Assembly: GCA_020891255.1 (NCBI GenBank)
Contig: BQFW01000001.1
Location: forward strand, 1,364,001-1,428,000
DNA: 64,000 nt
From: Entomortierella parvispora E1425
Taxonomy: Eukaryota > Fungi > Mortierellomycota
Reading direction: 5' to 3'
The notes under the pieces are model-generated. The model was not told where the DNA came from. It worked only from the letters and a program-made list of their open reading frames with translations, and ran no database searches. Shown here piece by piece: positions 31,043 to 44,218 of this stretch. Every line of letters starts with the position of its first letter. Position 1 is the stretch's first letter. Made by a program: the position numbers and the translations under genes.

Positions 31043-32914
31043 TCAATCGTCTTCAAGTTCGTCCTCTTCTACTTCCTCTTCCTCTCCTTCGTCGCTACCT
31101 TCTTCCTCTTCTTCATCATCTTCTTCCTCTCTCTCTTGAACTCCTTCTCCTTCTCCTTCTTCCTCCACTTCCTCCTCCGCCTCCTCCTCCTCCTCTTCCT
31201 CTTCTTCTTCCTCTTCCTCCTCCTCATCGTCTTCATCATCTTCGCTGTCGTCTCCTAAACTTTCCTCGCCCAGATCTACCTCTTCTTGGACCTTCCGGGC
31301 TTTGGGCGCGGCTTTTGGTGCTGATGACTTTAAAACTTTTGTTTCAACAACAGGCTCCTCTTCGTCGTCGTCTTCTTCGGCGTCATCCTCACTGTCGTCA
31401 CCAATATCTTCTTCTCCATCTTCAACTCCTTCATTATCGCTACCGCTCTCTTCTGGATTCGAGTCGTATTCCTCCATGATGTGATCTTCGTCACTTTCTG
31501 GCGCGAAATCTTCGTCCTCCTCGTCATCGTCATCACCATCGTCCATGGACTTCTTTGCTTGGCCTCCAGCAGTTCCATCTCCTTCCTCATCGTCCTCGCC
31601 ACCCGTGGCATCCCCATCGGCCTGACGACCCCTCTTTTTGGATCCCTGTCCTGTCGCCGTTCCCTTGTCCTTGGCCTTCAGGTCTTCACTCAGACTCCGG
31701 TCCCGAATACCCGACTTTTTGATCCATTCCTCCACGCGTTCAAACTCTTTGCGATCCACCATCGAGAATCCCACGGTTCGCTTGCCAGAGCCGCTTTCCT
31801 TGGAAGCCTCTGGGGGGACACCTTCCAGATCCTCGACAGAACAAGACTCTGAGTTCAAGACGACTTCGAAATCAAAGGTCCTGGTCATCACTGAGTGAAC
31901 GCCAATCGCCTCAATTCCAGTCGTAGGTAAAAACAAGATTGGTTTCCGGAATGCAAACAAAAGTCCAGTCGGCAATAAGTACATGGTGCCTTGATTCGAT
32001 TTCAAATGCGTAGAAAAATGGGGGTAGGCGGATGAGGGAGAGGGACTTGACGAATCAATGGTGCCCGGGGATGGGATCAGATCCGTGCTGTTGTAGTTGG
32101 TGAGAGGAGTGGACCGACGCATCATGTAGGCGAGAATGCAGATCAGGATTTGGTCCGGTTTTTTGACTCGAGACGCTATCAGGGACGCCTTTGTGGTTGA
32201 GGTCGAGGGTATAGGCGTAGAGACACTGGAAGTCTTGAGATCCTCGGTCAGACCCGCCAAATCCTTGTGTTGCTCGTGGAATGTCAACGAGAAGTCTTTA
32301 CCATCGTCTGCTAGGGGTACGGCCCATATGCTGTCCTTGGCTCCACTGCCTGCTCCTTGTGCCATCAGATCTGCGTGCCGGAAGAAAAGGATCAAGGCGG
32401 TTTGTTTGGCAGCCCGCTCCAGAAAAGGGACGGCGACAACTCGATGGATAGCAGAGTAAGGTGCCTGACATATCACTTCCTGGCTGGATCCTGTGGTTGT
32501 GGCGAGGGCGATGTGATTGGCATGGAGAGAGAGGACGAGTTTTTTGCGAACTGGATGCAAGAAGGAGAGTGGGGCAGTGGAATAAACAGCAGGTCCAATC
32601 TCTGGACGAGGTACGACCGCGGCCATGGCTGCTGCTGACGAAGATCCAGATGGGGTTGGGGACGATCCTGCTGAGGTGGAAGGACTCGAAGCGGCCTTTT
32701 GGAAAAACTGGGCGATTCCTTCTAGTTTTTGTCGCTTGGCGTCGGGCTGTTGAGAGGTTGCGGCAGCAGCAGCCAGCTGTGCCTTCAAGTAAACGAGGAC
32801 GCGCGTCATGAGTGGGGCTGCCTCCGGATGGGACGCCACAAATGACTGGACATCCTTCTGCAACTCCTTGTCCTCGGCAAGAGTGGCGGCGATGAGCTGC
32901 GGTGACAGGGACAT
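31043..32914 (-). CDS. RTT106: Histone chaperone Rtt106-like (double PH domain, acidic tail)
   Basis: LSFLHPVRKKL, QGTMYLLPTGLLFAFRKPILF..TRTFDFEV, FSMVDRKEFERVEEW, long D/E tail. Confidence 0.85.
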   Translation of the reverse strand: MSLSPQLIAATLAEDKELQKDVQSFVASHPEAAPLMTRVLVYLKAQLAAAAATSQQPDAKRQKLEGIAQFFQKAASSPSTSAGSSPTPSGSSSAAAMAAVVPRPEIGPAVYSTAPLSFLHPVRKKLVLSLHANHIALATTTGSSQEVICQAPYSAIHRVVAVPFLERAAKQTALILFFRHADLMAQGAGSGAKDSIWAVPLADDGKDFSLTFHEQHKDLAGLTEDLKTSSVSTPIPSTSTTKASLIASRVKKPDQILICILAYMMRRSTPLTNYNSTDLIPSPGTIDSSSPSPSSAYPHFSTHLKSNQGTMYLLPTGLLFAFRKPILFLPTTGIEAIGVHSVMTRTFDFEVVLNSESCSVEDLEGVPPEASKESGSGKRTVGFSMVDRKEFERVEEWIKKSGIRDRSLSEDLKAKDKGTATGQGSKKRGRQADGDATGGEDDEEGDGTAGGQAKKSMDDGDDDDEEDEDFAPESDEDHIMEEYDSNPEESGSDNEGVEDGEEDIGDDSEDDAEEDDDEEEPVVETKVLKSSAPKAAPKARKVQEEVDLGEESLGDDSEDDEDDEEEEEEEEEEEEEEEAEEEVEEEGEGEGVQEREEEDDEEEEEGSDEGEEEEVEEDELEDD

Positions 32915-33359
32915 GGCCGAGATTGAATGTCGATTGCTGTGGGAAGGAAAGAGCAACGCGAACAGTTTGCCACCAACTGCAGCGCAGGAGTCACTGTGCA
33001 GAAGCGCAATCACGTGATGGCTTGACGTCACAGTATTTCTCTAGTGCAAATGTTGCAGCGCGGTATCTTCTAGGGGGGGGGGTGAACGACACTTCGTGCC
33101 GCTTGCATCCACTGGCTGTCTAGGATAATAGTCCTGCTACAGGTGTAGTTCGAAGACAGCAATAGACAACAACCCGCCCTCCTCCCTCCCCCCGTCACTC
33201 TGTACCAGATCATGGGTAATTTTTTCTTTCACGGATTCTTTGTCATAGAGATAACTTGTGACCTCTTCGGACGACACACCGGTCCATTTATTTCTTTTTG
33301 GATCTTCTTTTCGACGGGTAAAACCTCACATTGATTTTCTTCCTTGGATCAGTGTCCTC

Positions 33360-35937
33360 CTAAGCACCTATGGCAGTCAGAGCATGAAGGAATTTGGGGT
33401 AAAAGTCATTTAGAGATATAGACAGCCTTTTCTCCACAGCTTTCGCGACAGTAACAACGCCAATCCCCAAATGGAGTCCTTCATCCTGGCTCGCTCTGAA
33501 AGTTTGGGTTCCCCAGAGCCAAAGCAAAACTGGCATGCGGGGCAAAAATGGGGCCAAAGTAGTCTTTGAAGTTGTTCATCGAAACGACAAGAGTGTCGCG
33601 TTCCATGTCCTCAACATCGAATGGCTGCGTTGTAAAAACAAGTGTTATGTGTCTGTAGGGCTTCAAAGATAGGCGGAATACGGGATTTAGATTCACACGG
33701 CCGGAGCTGTCAAGATTCTTCCGATGTTCAACTAAGAGATTGTCTGGCGTGAATTCGACTAAGTTGGAGTCGATAATCATGTTACCTTGAACAGTTTCCC
33801 TGACAATGAAAACACCCCCACAAGCATCCGATTTGCCATTCACAATGACATTATCGCCACGCTCCCAGTGGATAGGCTGTGCGGTACCTCTGTCAGTCAA
33901 CGTTTGACATGGAAACTGTTCTTTCGCTTCACGGACTGAAAGCCTTCTCAGCTTCACTTCAAGATCTATGGTGGCTTGAGTCCCAAAGGCGCCAGAGTAC
34001 AGTTCCGATAGATTTGCTGTTTGGTGTCCTAGGTCAAGAAGCAGGTTGCTACGAAACACCTCGAAATACGCCACAAACATCTCCCAGTCCCGCCAGTGCA
34101 TGCCATGTCGTTCCCGTAGTGCGTCCTGTAGCTCGAGATCAACAAGTTGAAGAACATCATTGTACAGGCAGACGAAGAACAGAGGCATCTTGACGGTGAA
34201 TAGAGTGCCGGAGTGGTCGCAAGCGTCGAGGATGATATGAGTATCCTGCTCCAAACTTGCAATGGTAGAGTGCTGGTCATCTGGGTCCATCAATGTTTTT
34301 CGTTCGACAGGATGTCCGATGGTACTGATATAAAGAAGCATTAAAGCCAACTTCCTGTTTGCCTGGACGCTCTTGTAGATCTTGTAGCGCCTCTCTAGAC
34401 CGATCTTGGTGCGCTCAAATATGGCGTCAAAGTTCTGCTTGTAGATGTCGCGAAAGAAACCCTCTCCATCACCCCCAAATTGAAAGCACACTCCAAAGAG
34501 AAGCTCAAGAGCTCGGGGCAGTCCTCCAGTGTCCATCAAGAGCTGCAGAAAATGTCGACAATGCTTCCATCTGTTTGCGTCACAGTCGTACTTCTCGGCG
34601 TTATATTTTCCGGAGTAATATCCTGCAATTTCGAGCACTGATTTGAACGATAGTAATGGAGTGCTGACAAATCCAAATGAAACCCGCTTTCCGTCGCTGC
34701 CATAATAGCTTGGGGTGCTGTCCCTGAGAAAAAGGTTTGAATGAAAATGGCGGAAACTGGAGGCTGCATATATACCGCAAGGCTTCTTATTGTATTCAGG
34801 AAGAGTTGGTCGTATTCGTATATCCTGTTGTGTTTGTGTTTTATATCCCATTGGTCGAGAAGCTGAAACTCGTCGATATGCAAAAACAGAAAGAGTTGTC
34901 GATTGTGCCGAATGTTGACAAGGTCTGAGATGGCCGAGATGACACCTGCAATAGTGAATAGTTCGAGATGGTCCTTGATCTTATCTCGAAACGCTGAAAA
35001 TAGCATTTCGTACTTTTTCTCGATGAAAAAGCAATAGGCGATCCGATGGCCAAAGACGACGTCGGGATTGTCGATCATAACGTCTACTTTGTCGAGTCCG
35101 ATCCCGTTGCCAAAGTCCATCCTCAGATATTCGAAGAGCACGTTGAGTTCCGTCCATTCAGGAGGGATCCAAGTCTCTTCAAGATAGGTGAACAAGTCTT
35201 TGCCAAAGCGGGTTTTCCCTGTAATGCGCAGTTATTGTGGTGAGTGAGCGAAGTAACAATTGACCTCATCAATTCAATATAACAAAAATCGAATCATACC
35301 TATGCCAGGGGCTCCACCACTCACGACCATGTGTGATAGTTTGACTTGACGTCGTTGTCTTCATGGCGAAACTTTACATTATTTGTGATCAAATCAACGG
35401 CAACTGAAAAGTCTCGATCCTTCAGAGGCATAACGTCGCCAGGAACAGGAATGAGCGATTTCTGGACATTCAGGATGACGCTCTTGATGATATCGCTTAC
35501 TACATTTTGAGAAAACTGGTTACAAAACAGCTATAAAATGAAGATACATATGACCATCGGCCGAAAGCATATTACAGCGCATGGTTGAACCTACCAGAAA
35601 GCGGCTGTGGCTGGACAATGATGTGGACTACTTTTTCGAGTGGCTGAACATCAAAGGTTTCCCAGAGGCGGGATATCACGTCGAGTTTTTTCGCCGAGGG
35701 GTCGACCGAAAGACACTGCTTTAACGTAACTGGCTTGCGTTCTTCAGGTGGAGCCAGATGAATCGTGACTTTCCAGAGGACAAGATTATCTGCATCCATA
35801 CCTTTGAGAAGGCTGGGTTTTTCTCTCTTGATTTCTTTCTGGAGCTCGGCAACATACTCGTTAGAATCAATCTTGATTGAGAACGGGGAGGACTCTCCAT
35901 CCACGAGACAAAGAAGGTTCAGAACGTTACTGGACAT
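33360..35937 (-). pseudogene. Crinkler (CRN)-family gene: ubiquitin-like N-terminus, P-loop NTPase, REase-like and HhH-like C-terminus; several frameshifts
   Basis: LNLLCLVDGE..VAELQKEIK..DADNLVLWKV..VHIIVQ. Walker A GGAPGIG|KTR across an intron; Walker B FLHIDEFQ. Frames break near 35530, 35330, 34695 and 33500. Confidence 0.8.
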
Positions 35938-36174
35938 GATGTTGTGATGGAGGAAGGAGGGACAAAGAATGTAGGAGATGGTTGAAAGAGAGTGGGCATC
36001 GTGTCAAATGTGAACGCGTCGTCAATGAAAGGTGGTGGCACATGCATCAAGGTCAAATAAATCGCAGTCACAAGCTCTCGTCACTCTGGAACTGCGGATC
36101 GCCGCCTTCGCTCGAATATAAACTATGGGAGCGGGGGAGTCCTTCGTCACCCCCTCCCTTCCACCAGCTACCCG

Positions 36175-38954
36175 ATGATAAACACATGTAAGAAGATACT
36201 CATTTGCACGACCAATTCGACGCTTTCTCCCTCAAGTTCTGACAGTGGCTTTTTCCATCCTTCCCAATAGCCCAGCGCCTGCCAAACGAGTGTTTTTTGG
36301 TCGTGGTCGAATATCTGGCTTATGATCTCCGGACTCTCCACTCCCTTCTGACCGTGAACCGATTCTTCTTCCATGCCGCCCTCCCCTGGATGTTGAACAG
36401 GCCTTTCGAGACCTGGGAGATGGACGGAGGCCGCTCAACATTTCCCACTAGTCGTGAAAAGCTGATTGTCCTTCTGCTGTCCTCTGCGTTGAGGCATCAC
36501 CACCGTCAGATCTCGGAAACGAAGGAAACAGCTGCCGGTGACAATCATGACAGCAAATACGCCAACCCTTCAGAGAATGTCAGGAGTCCAATTGAGAAGC
36601 TTTTAAGAGAATTTGGACTCCAGCTGCACAGCGAGGACCTTTTGAGTAGTCACCCTCTTCTTTTGGAATGTCTCCAAGAGAGTCGAAACCCATCCGCCTC
36701 CAACGTGCCGAGGATGACCGCGGAATATTACACCTTTGTCAACGATTTCATTAATCAGAGACAGTCCCTGATCAAGATCAAGTTTGAGCAGTTTATCCGA
36801 CTGCGTCGAGTGCCATTCACGATGGAGGATCGATTCGGAGATCTTGGTATGGACGACATGGTTTTGGATATCGAAGACGATGATGAAGACAGAGAAGAGG
36901 ACTTTGTTCACGATTTGGAGCTGCAGAAACGGGAGGATTACCATGCGGAGGTCCTGGCCAACCTCCAGCGTCTCTTGTTCCACTGCAACGCCGAGAACAT
37001 TACGCAAGTTCATTGGGATATGAGCAAGGATTCGGATTTTTTACGCCCTCTTGCAAAACGGATGGGAAGCCTCAAGGATTTGACAGTCCAATGGGGATCC
37101 ATTGTGTCGGACGAGAGTATCCAAGCAGTGGTTCAATTTATTCAAGACCATCGGGCGATTTTCCCCAATCGATCCTTTCACCTCTTCATGAATACGAACT
37201 GGATCCACCAGATTTTGAATTATACCCTGGCAGGCATGGCCCCTTCTTTTATTCGAGCCAAGATGGAGCAATACATTCGACCCAAGATGTTGCTCTACGC
37301 AGCTCAAGGGCAGGTCACGGAAATGGATGGAACTTTTGTCATGGATTTCTATGACCAAGTCTTGCAGGACAACAAATCTTTCCAGCTCCATCGACTGGAG
37401 GCGTTTGCGGACGATGACGAATACCGACAGCAGTTTGCGGTGGCAATGTCGGTCCCAGACCATAGTCCAAGGCAAGAGTTTTTGAAGGCTTGCTCCAATC
37501 TGCAGCGCCTCCGAGAAACAATCAGCCACCGGGACATGTACGCTTGGGCCGCGCTCGCAAAACGTGAGAGACGTGCTCTGGAGACAGCGGCGGCGGCAAC
37601 CAAGATGACGACCAAAGACTCTTACTTGTACCTCCGACATGCTCTCCCCTCGGCGATCCTGCCCAAGCTCACGGATTTGACCTTGATCTCCAAAACTAGA
37701 TATTACGACACCATTGCGGCCATGAATGATGCTCTGGAGGCTTTTTCGGACACGCTTCGGGCTTTTCAGGTGGATGCACCTGCACAACCCGAGCAGGACA
37801 CGGAGAACGAAGACTGGATCCAAAGCCAAGCAAATCCACGCTGCACGGGGATGTTGATCTTGAACCCTCTTCCTCACCTGACTTACCTCTGCATCAACTG
37901 CTTCAGCGGCCTTGGACTGGATGAAATCGGGCCATTGACATTTCAACAGTGTCCAGTGCTGGAAACTCTTTGTGTTCGGATGGGCATCAATGAGCACGAT
38001 GGCATGCCTCGTTTAGATGCGATCGCAGGCGACAGCGATCGACTTCCATGGTCTCTCTTTCCACGATGGGATCTCCCTCGATTGAAATCCTTGAGCATGA
38101 TCGGTACTGCTGCACTTCGATTCGATTATGATTCCTTAGAGACAATGACGCGTCTAGAGTTGCTGAGTTTGGAGTGTCCTTATGGACATGCTCTTGAGAA
38201 CTATCTCGACCGCGCCCCTCGCCTCTCGACTCACCTGGGTATAGGCGATTCCATGCCCCGATGGACAAGCCGCCAATGGAATCTTGCTCGATTACAAAGC
38301 CTGGAGATGAGTGGATTGCCTGCATTAGTGTTCGAGTTTGAATGGCTAGAGAAGATGGCCAATCTTGAAAGAATACATCTGGGGATTAGAGAAAATGAGT
38401 ATGCTATCCGAGGCATGCCAGCAAGCCAGGCGGAATCGTTCAATGTCCTCTCTGGCCTCGGCGACAGACATTTGGAGGTCGCAAAGAGATCATCTATGCT
38501 AGAGGAGGCCTTTTTCGCCGGGCCATGGATCAAGACCGTAGATGACATGCGTACGCTCGCGCACTATATCCAAGGACCAAAACTGAGCACGTTGTGTCTC
38601 CAGCGCATCCCAGTTTCTTCAGATGACGGTGACGACGACGTCGATGACGGTGATGACGAGAACCAAAGATCCAGCGATGGTGAAGACGGGGTACCAGTTG
38701 AGGATGCCACAGCCACGGTCACCTCTGAGTCGTCGACAAAAAACTTGGATTTCGAACTGATGCAGGAGCTTGTAAGCCAGGTCAGGTCTGGGTGTCCAGG
38801 GTTGAGGAGAGTCACGCTGCCGGACTTTCACTTGACTCTGCAAGAGGTCAAGGATTTGAAACTGCAGACCCCACCCACTAGTCCTGCGGATCAATGCTTG
38901 TTCACAATTGCCAATGAAGTGTACCTGGTCCATGTCCCCCACCCAGAATCATAG
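36175..38954 (+). CDS. F-box/LRR-like protein
   Basis: Short first exon 36175-36187 spliced to 36271 gives QRLPNECFLVVVEYL..LRTLHSLLTVNRFF (F-box-like), followed by LxxLxL repeats. Confidence 0.8.
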
Positions 38955-39127
38955 AGCATCTTTTTTTTTTCTTTGTCTTCATCTTTCCACCTTTCATTGT
39001 TTTCATTAAACTTCATGTACTTTACATTGCAATATAAAAAAGTATGAGAGAGGTGCTTGGTGGTATATTTACAGAAAAGTATTGTACAGTTTTTTTTTTC
39101 TTTTGCTTTCTTTTCTTGTTTGACGGT

Positions 39128-41826
39128 CTAATGAACTGGCATCACGGGAATCTGTGTCAAAAGCAAGGTCTCTGCCGCTGCAGTCAAAGAGGAGGAAGTG
39201 GAGGAGGAAAAAGAGTGAGGACGTTCCTTCACTCCCATCCCTTCCACCGCCGTGACGTCTTCATCCTCCTCCTCTCTCATAGGAGCGTTCGGGTTCTTTT
39301 GAGGATTCGGGTTTGAAATGGCGTTGCCACCCAAATGATGAGGATGAAACAAGCATATCTTGTCAACAGTGCAAGCCTCGATGGATTGGATCCAAGGGTC
39401 GGCCAGGACCTCGGACATCTTGGCTCTCAGGGCCGAATTGACCTCGAGCATCCTGCTCAAGATCGATCGGCTCTCTCGGGGAAGGAGTTTCAAGAGGCGA
39501 AGTTTGCCGTTGCCGGATGGGTTGACAAAGGCTTGGAAGGAGGGGTCTACATCAGCCTTGGGCATGGTCCAAGGGAAGCGACGCAGGGTCATGCAGACAA
39601 AGATGATACCGAGGGACCAGACATCAGCTGCGGAGGGGTCATGTTCCTCGGTAAACACTTCAGGTGCGATGTAAGGGTCAGATCCAGAGATGCCTGTAAA
39701 TGTCAAAAAAAGAATAAAATAGACTGTAAGTAACGTGTTCAAGATGTTGGAATCTACGGTGGCTTTTTTTTTTCCTGTTTGTTTTTTTCTTCTTCTTTCT
39801 TGTTCTTACCTTTCACAAGTTGGATTTGAGACTGGAAAGGATCGCGAAAGACCATGGAGCAACCAAAGTCAATAATCTTGACAATACCGCGCTCGTTCAT
39901 GACCACATTGTCCAATTTCAGATCCCGATGGGCGACCCCCATCTGATGCAGGTACGCGACACCTTCGACAATGCCCCTGAAACAACACGCGACTTCCTCC
40001 CTTTCCATCCGCCCGTCCATCACGGCCGTAAAGAGTTCGTACCGCGCAAACTCCATCACTTCAAAAAACTTGTCATCGCCTCCCGCCTTGGAGGACTTTT
40101 CTTGCACAATGTCCAACGTCTCGATGATATTGGGGTGATGCAACGTCGACCCCAGACAATATTCGGAAAGGACTTTTTTCAAATACGCCCTTTCGTCTTC
40201 ATCCGCTTTGCGTTTCCGAAACTGTTTGATCGCAAACATGCGCTGGTCCGAGGCCCGTCGGATCAGTCGAACGGTCCCGCCCGTGCCCTTGCCGAGCACT
40301 TTGCCCAACTTGCCATACTTCTTGCGAAGGTCGCATTCAATCTGGTTACCATGCGGGTTCAGCGGCGGCAGAGCAAGAGGAGGAGAAGGGCGGCGCTGAG
40401 GTGCCTGCGGCTGTTGCGGCTGATGCAGTTGCGGCAACTGTTGAACAGTTGAATGATGAGGGTGGTGATGGGCCTGGGACTGGTGGAGGTAGTGGTGGTA
40501 GGGGTGAGTGTCGTAGTGAGGATCATGACCGTCCAGAGGGAGACCCTCTGGGTGGCCACTGGGAGGAAGAAAGTTGGGAAAGTTGGGAGTCATGGGCGAG
40601 GACGCGGCGGTGGAAGAATTGGACCTCGACCTTAAGAACCGCTTCAAATCATGAAAGATGCCATGAGAGGTGCGTCGTCCTCCTCCTGTGGTGGGCTTCA
40701 CCGGTGCTGCTGCTGGTGTGGCTGGCATCACGGCTGGGATCAAAGTCGCCACCATCGTCTTTATAGTGGGGTGGGGAGCGGCGGCGCGAGTAGTAGAGTT
40801 GCGACGACGGAACAATGATGAAGCGCGTTTGACAATATTGGAGGCTGTGGGAGTTGAGGAAGTGGCCTGGGTGTTGAAGCGGTCCTCGTCCAGCTGCATG
40901 GACAGAATGTGAGCAGGAGTAGGGTGGAAAGCGGTCGGGTCGATGTGAGTGGAGTTCCTAGAAGGAGCTGCAGGATGAAAGGAAACAGAGTTGTTGTGGG
41001 CGGCAGGGGTGCAGTCCTTAATCTCCACGACAGGGTTTTCAGCAATCTCTATTTCGGAAGCGACTTTTGCCTTTCCGCGAGAACCTCGAGTTTTTTTGGT
41101 TAAGGGAGGAGATTGCAGCCGAAACCCGTGAGGAAGTGTGTCCGCGGGAGGGGATGATGGAAGCGGATTGGGCTGGTGACTCTGCTGGCTATGGTAATGA
41201 TGAGGCGCGTGGATAGGAGATGCAGGCGTGGGTGGAGAGGTATGCGCGTGCGGATGCGAGATTTGAACGGCGTGACTTTGACCCTGTCCATTTCCATTAT
41301 TATTCTGATACAGCGAGGGGTGCTGGTGGTGGTGGTTGCGATGATTGTGATGAAGGGCATCGTCGTCCTCGTGCGAGCTCAGGAACTCAATTGACAGCGT
41401 CTCAGAGACGAGGACGTCAGTCGTGTCAGTATCAACTCTGGTCAGCAATGGCCGACCCTGAGAGAGATTGGAAGGAGTGTGGACACGGTGATATTGCTGT
41501 TGTTGTGGTTGTGGTTGTGGTTGATACGGATGCTGAACGTGGTTGTTGTGGTGGGGGGGATAGGGGTGCTTCGGTGGCATCGAGTCGTGCTCAGTGCCAG
41601 GGGTGTCAATAATAGAACTGGCTGGCGATGCTGATCCACTCGTGTTTCCGCTGCTGGTATACGTTTTGCCGTTTGGGGGCGAGTCAGTGGTCGAAGATGT
41701 CTCGCCTTCTGATTCCTCATATTGTCCCTGACCTTTGTAAGCTCTGTCCAGCTGATTGGTTGCCAACGCCATCGCAGCAGTGGGGAACAGTGTGTTCCGC
41801 AGTTGGGCATGGAGGGGGGAGGGCAT
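39128..41826 (-). CDS. Ser/Thr protein kinase, HAL4/5-NPR1-HRK1-like, with a long disordered N-terminus
   Basis: [43 protein letters not shown]; intron 39694-39809. Confidence 0.93.
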
Positions 41827-44218
41827 GGTTGGAGATCGGAGATGAGGGGTTTTGGGGAGGTTGTTTTTCTCGTGAAAGAAGGGATAGTAGGGAAAAAAGA
41901 GGGCACAGAAAAGGTTATCAGAGGAAAACCAGACGTGCGTCGACAAGAAGAAGGGGAGAAGGGGTTAAAGAAGGGATCGTTGGACTCATTCACGAGAAGG
42001 GATTATTTACAAGCGGGGCAAAGGAGGTGAGGGGAGCCAGGAATGGGCGAGGGAGTGACGATCGAGGTATGTGGTCGCCTTTCCGGATGAGAGAGGGTTG
42101 TTTTGTTTGAACGAACGGTGGCACAACGGAATATTGTTGTTGTCGTGTTGTTGATTTGAGCACTGAGGGTATATTTGTGTCGATGGAGGAGCGGAAGGAA
42201 GGGCAAAAAAGAGAGAGAAAAGAGAAAGAGGCCAAGATGCAGGCAGGCAATGGTCAAGAATCGACGATGAGAAGAGGGGCAAACCGGGCAAGGAAAAGGC
42301 GGGAAAAAGAGCAATGAGCGATACCAGGGGTAGGGATGAAGATGAAGAAGAAAGAAGGAAAGAGAGAGAGGTGCAGGCAAGAAACGAAAGAGGGTTTGCG
42401 AAGCCAGAGAGCGTCATTTTATTGCACGCGGCTAATCTTTTCTTTCAAAGGGAATCTCTTTTTTCCTCGCTCGATCTACACGGCCACATACATCTCACGG
42501 CCATGCAGGTGTCTCTTCCCTGCTTCGCTCCCACTGCCCCAAAGGGTGTCCTGCTCTGTTCCCCCAGCCCTTGCATCTTCCTCGAGTCCCTCCGACTTAT
42601 CGCCATCCTGCCCTTGTCCGTCTCTGCCAGCAAGTGGTCGCACAAGATAGCAAGAACACACCTCTTTCTAAAGATGATGATACACTCTCTGTCCCTCAAT
42701 TCCTCAAGCTGCTCCTGCATGCGCACCCGCAAAAAAACACTTGTTCTCACCGCGTGTCAGGGTCCTGTCGACTTTCCGCCTGCCGTTCTAAAGAGAGATA
42801 AAACAAAGGAAGGAAGCAAGGAAGCAAGGAGGGAAGTAATGAAAGAAGCAGGGGACAGAGAGGAGCCACTGCCGGGGGGGGTCGGCAACCTTTTGTATGT
42901 TTCTCTTGATCCGAAGCACTGCAATAATCTTCCATCTGCAGAAAAGGATCTTTTAAGGCGAATGCCTTCCTGTTTGCTGTCCATGGGCGCACACTCAACC
43001 CCTGGCTCCCAGTCCGACCTTAGTTTTTCATGCGGCCATTTGCATCTTTGGATCCTTTTTTTTTATATTCTTTTTTTCGCCCATTCCACTCCTCTCTTGG
43101 CTCTGCGACCTTTGTGCCTTTTTGTCGCAACTCTTTACGCTCTTTCTTTGCTGCCTTTTCGTTCTATCTGCTCAAAAGCTCACAACCCCTACTTCAGTGA
43201 GTGTTTTTCCCTTCCCCTCTTGTTTTCATCTTTTTACCGTCTCTTCCCGAACCAACAGCACCAGCGGCAGCAGCAGTCAGCACCTGTTTGGATCGAAAAG
43301 ACAAAATAAAAAAACAACTTTGCATACATTTCTGTAAACTCTTTCTTTACTTGACTTTTTTTTTTTTTTTTTTTTTTTTTTCAAGCTTACTTGACATATA
43401 GTATGGTGGTTCTTTCTCCGCTCCTCTCTCGTAAGCGAACCAGTACCTCACCGGGGACGGCCACAGGACGGAGAGGGGGAGGCGGGGGTAAAGATTGCTG
43501 AGTCCTTGACCCTTTCTTTTTTTTTTTCTCTCTCTTGATCTTTGCGCATGTGTTGCGATGAGGTCTCTTGAGACTAGAAGGGAGGCTAGAAGGGAGGCAA
43601 GGGGAGAGGGAAGAAGACTAGAAAGCATGCGATCCACTCACTCCTGATCTTCAAATCCTTGGATCGGACCCAATGATCCCATTCCATCTCTCCCTTCTTC
43701 ATGCAATCCCCGGGACGCGGAGTCCCTAGAGTCATCCCCATCTTCCGCGGTTCCCTTATTCTTTTTTTTCTTCTTTTTTTTTTCTGTTGTTGCAGGGCTC
43801 TGAAAAAAAAAAAAACACACACACACACACACACAAGTCCGCCTAGTGACCCATCCAGCTGGACAGGATTCGACTTTCAGGGAGATGCGCGATTTCTTGT
43901 GCATCTCGCCCCTGCTGGGTTGAATTCAATGCACTCTGTAACCGTTCACGCCCGCCGCAGTTTCCTTGGAGCTCAGTATTGCACTGACGGATGATAGGGT
44001 ATCAAATAGGGGTTTATTGCTCTCCTTCAATTGAATGCAGGCCCGCATTGGCTCAACGGACCAGACTCGTTGAGCGAGACAGAAACCACGAGGAACGATG
44101 AGTCAAAAGACTACCGGATTGTCCAAAAAAAAAAAAAAAAAAGGTTTCGACAACCCAACAAACAAGAAACTGGTCTTTTTCCAGCAGAGGGTAGGGTGGG
44201 AAGAATAAACAAACGTTA

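Noticed and set aside
42314-43309. 331-aa plus-strand ORF upstream of the kinase
   Set aside because: No recognisable motifs; derived from purine- and pyrimidine-rich low-complexity promoter/UTR sequence.
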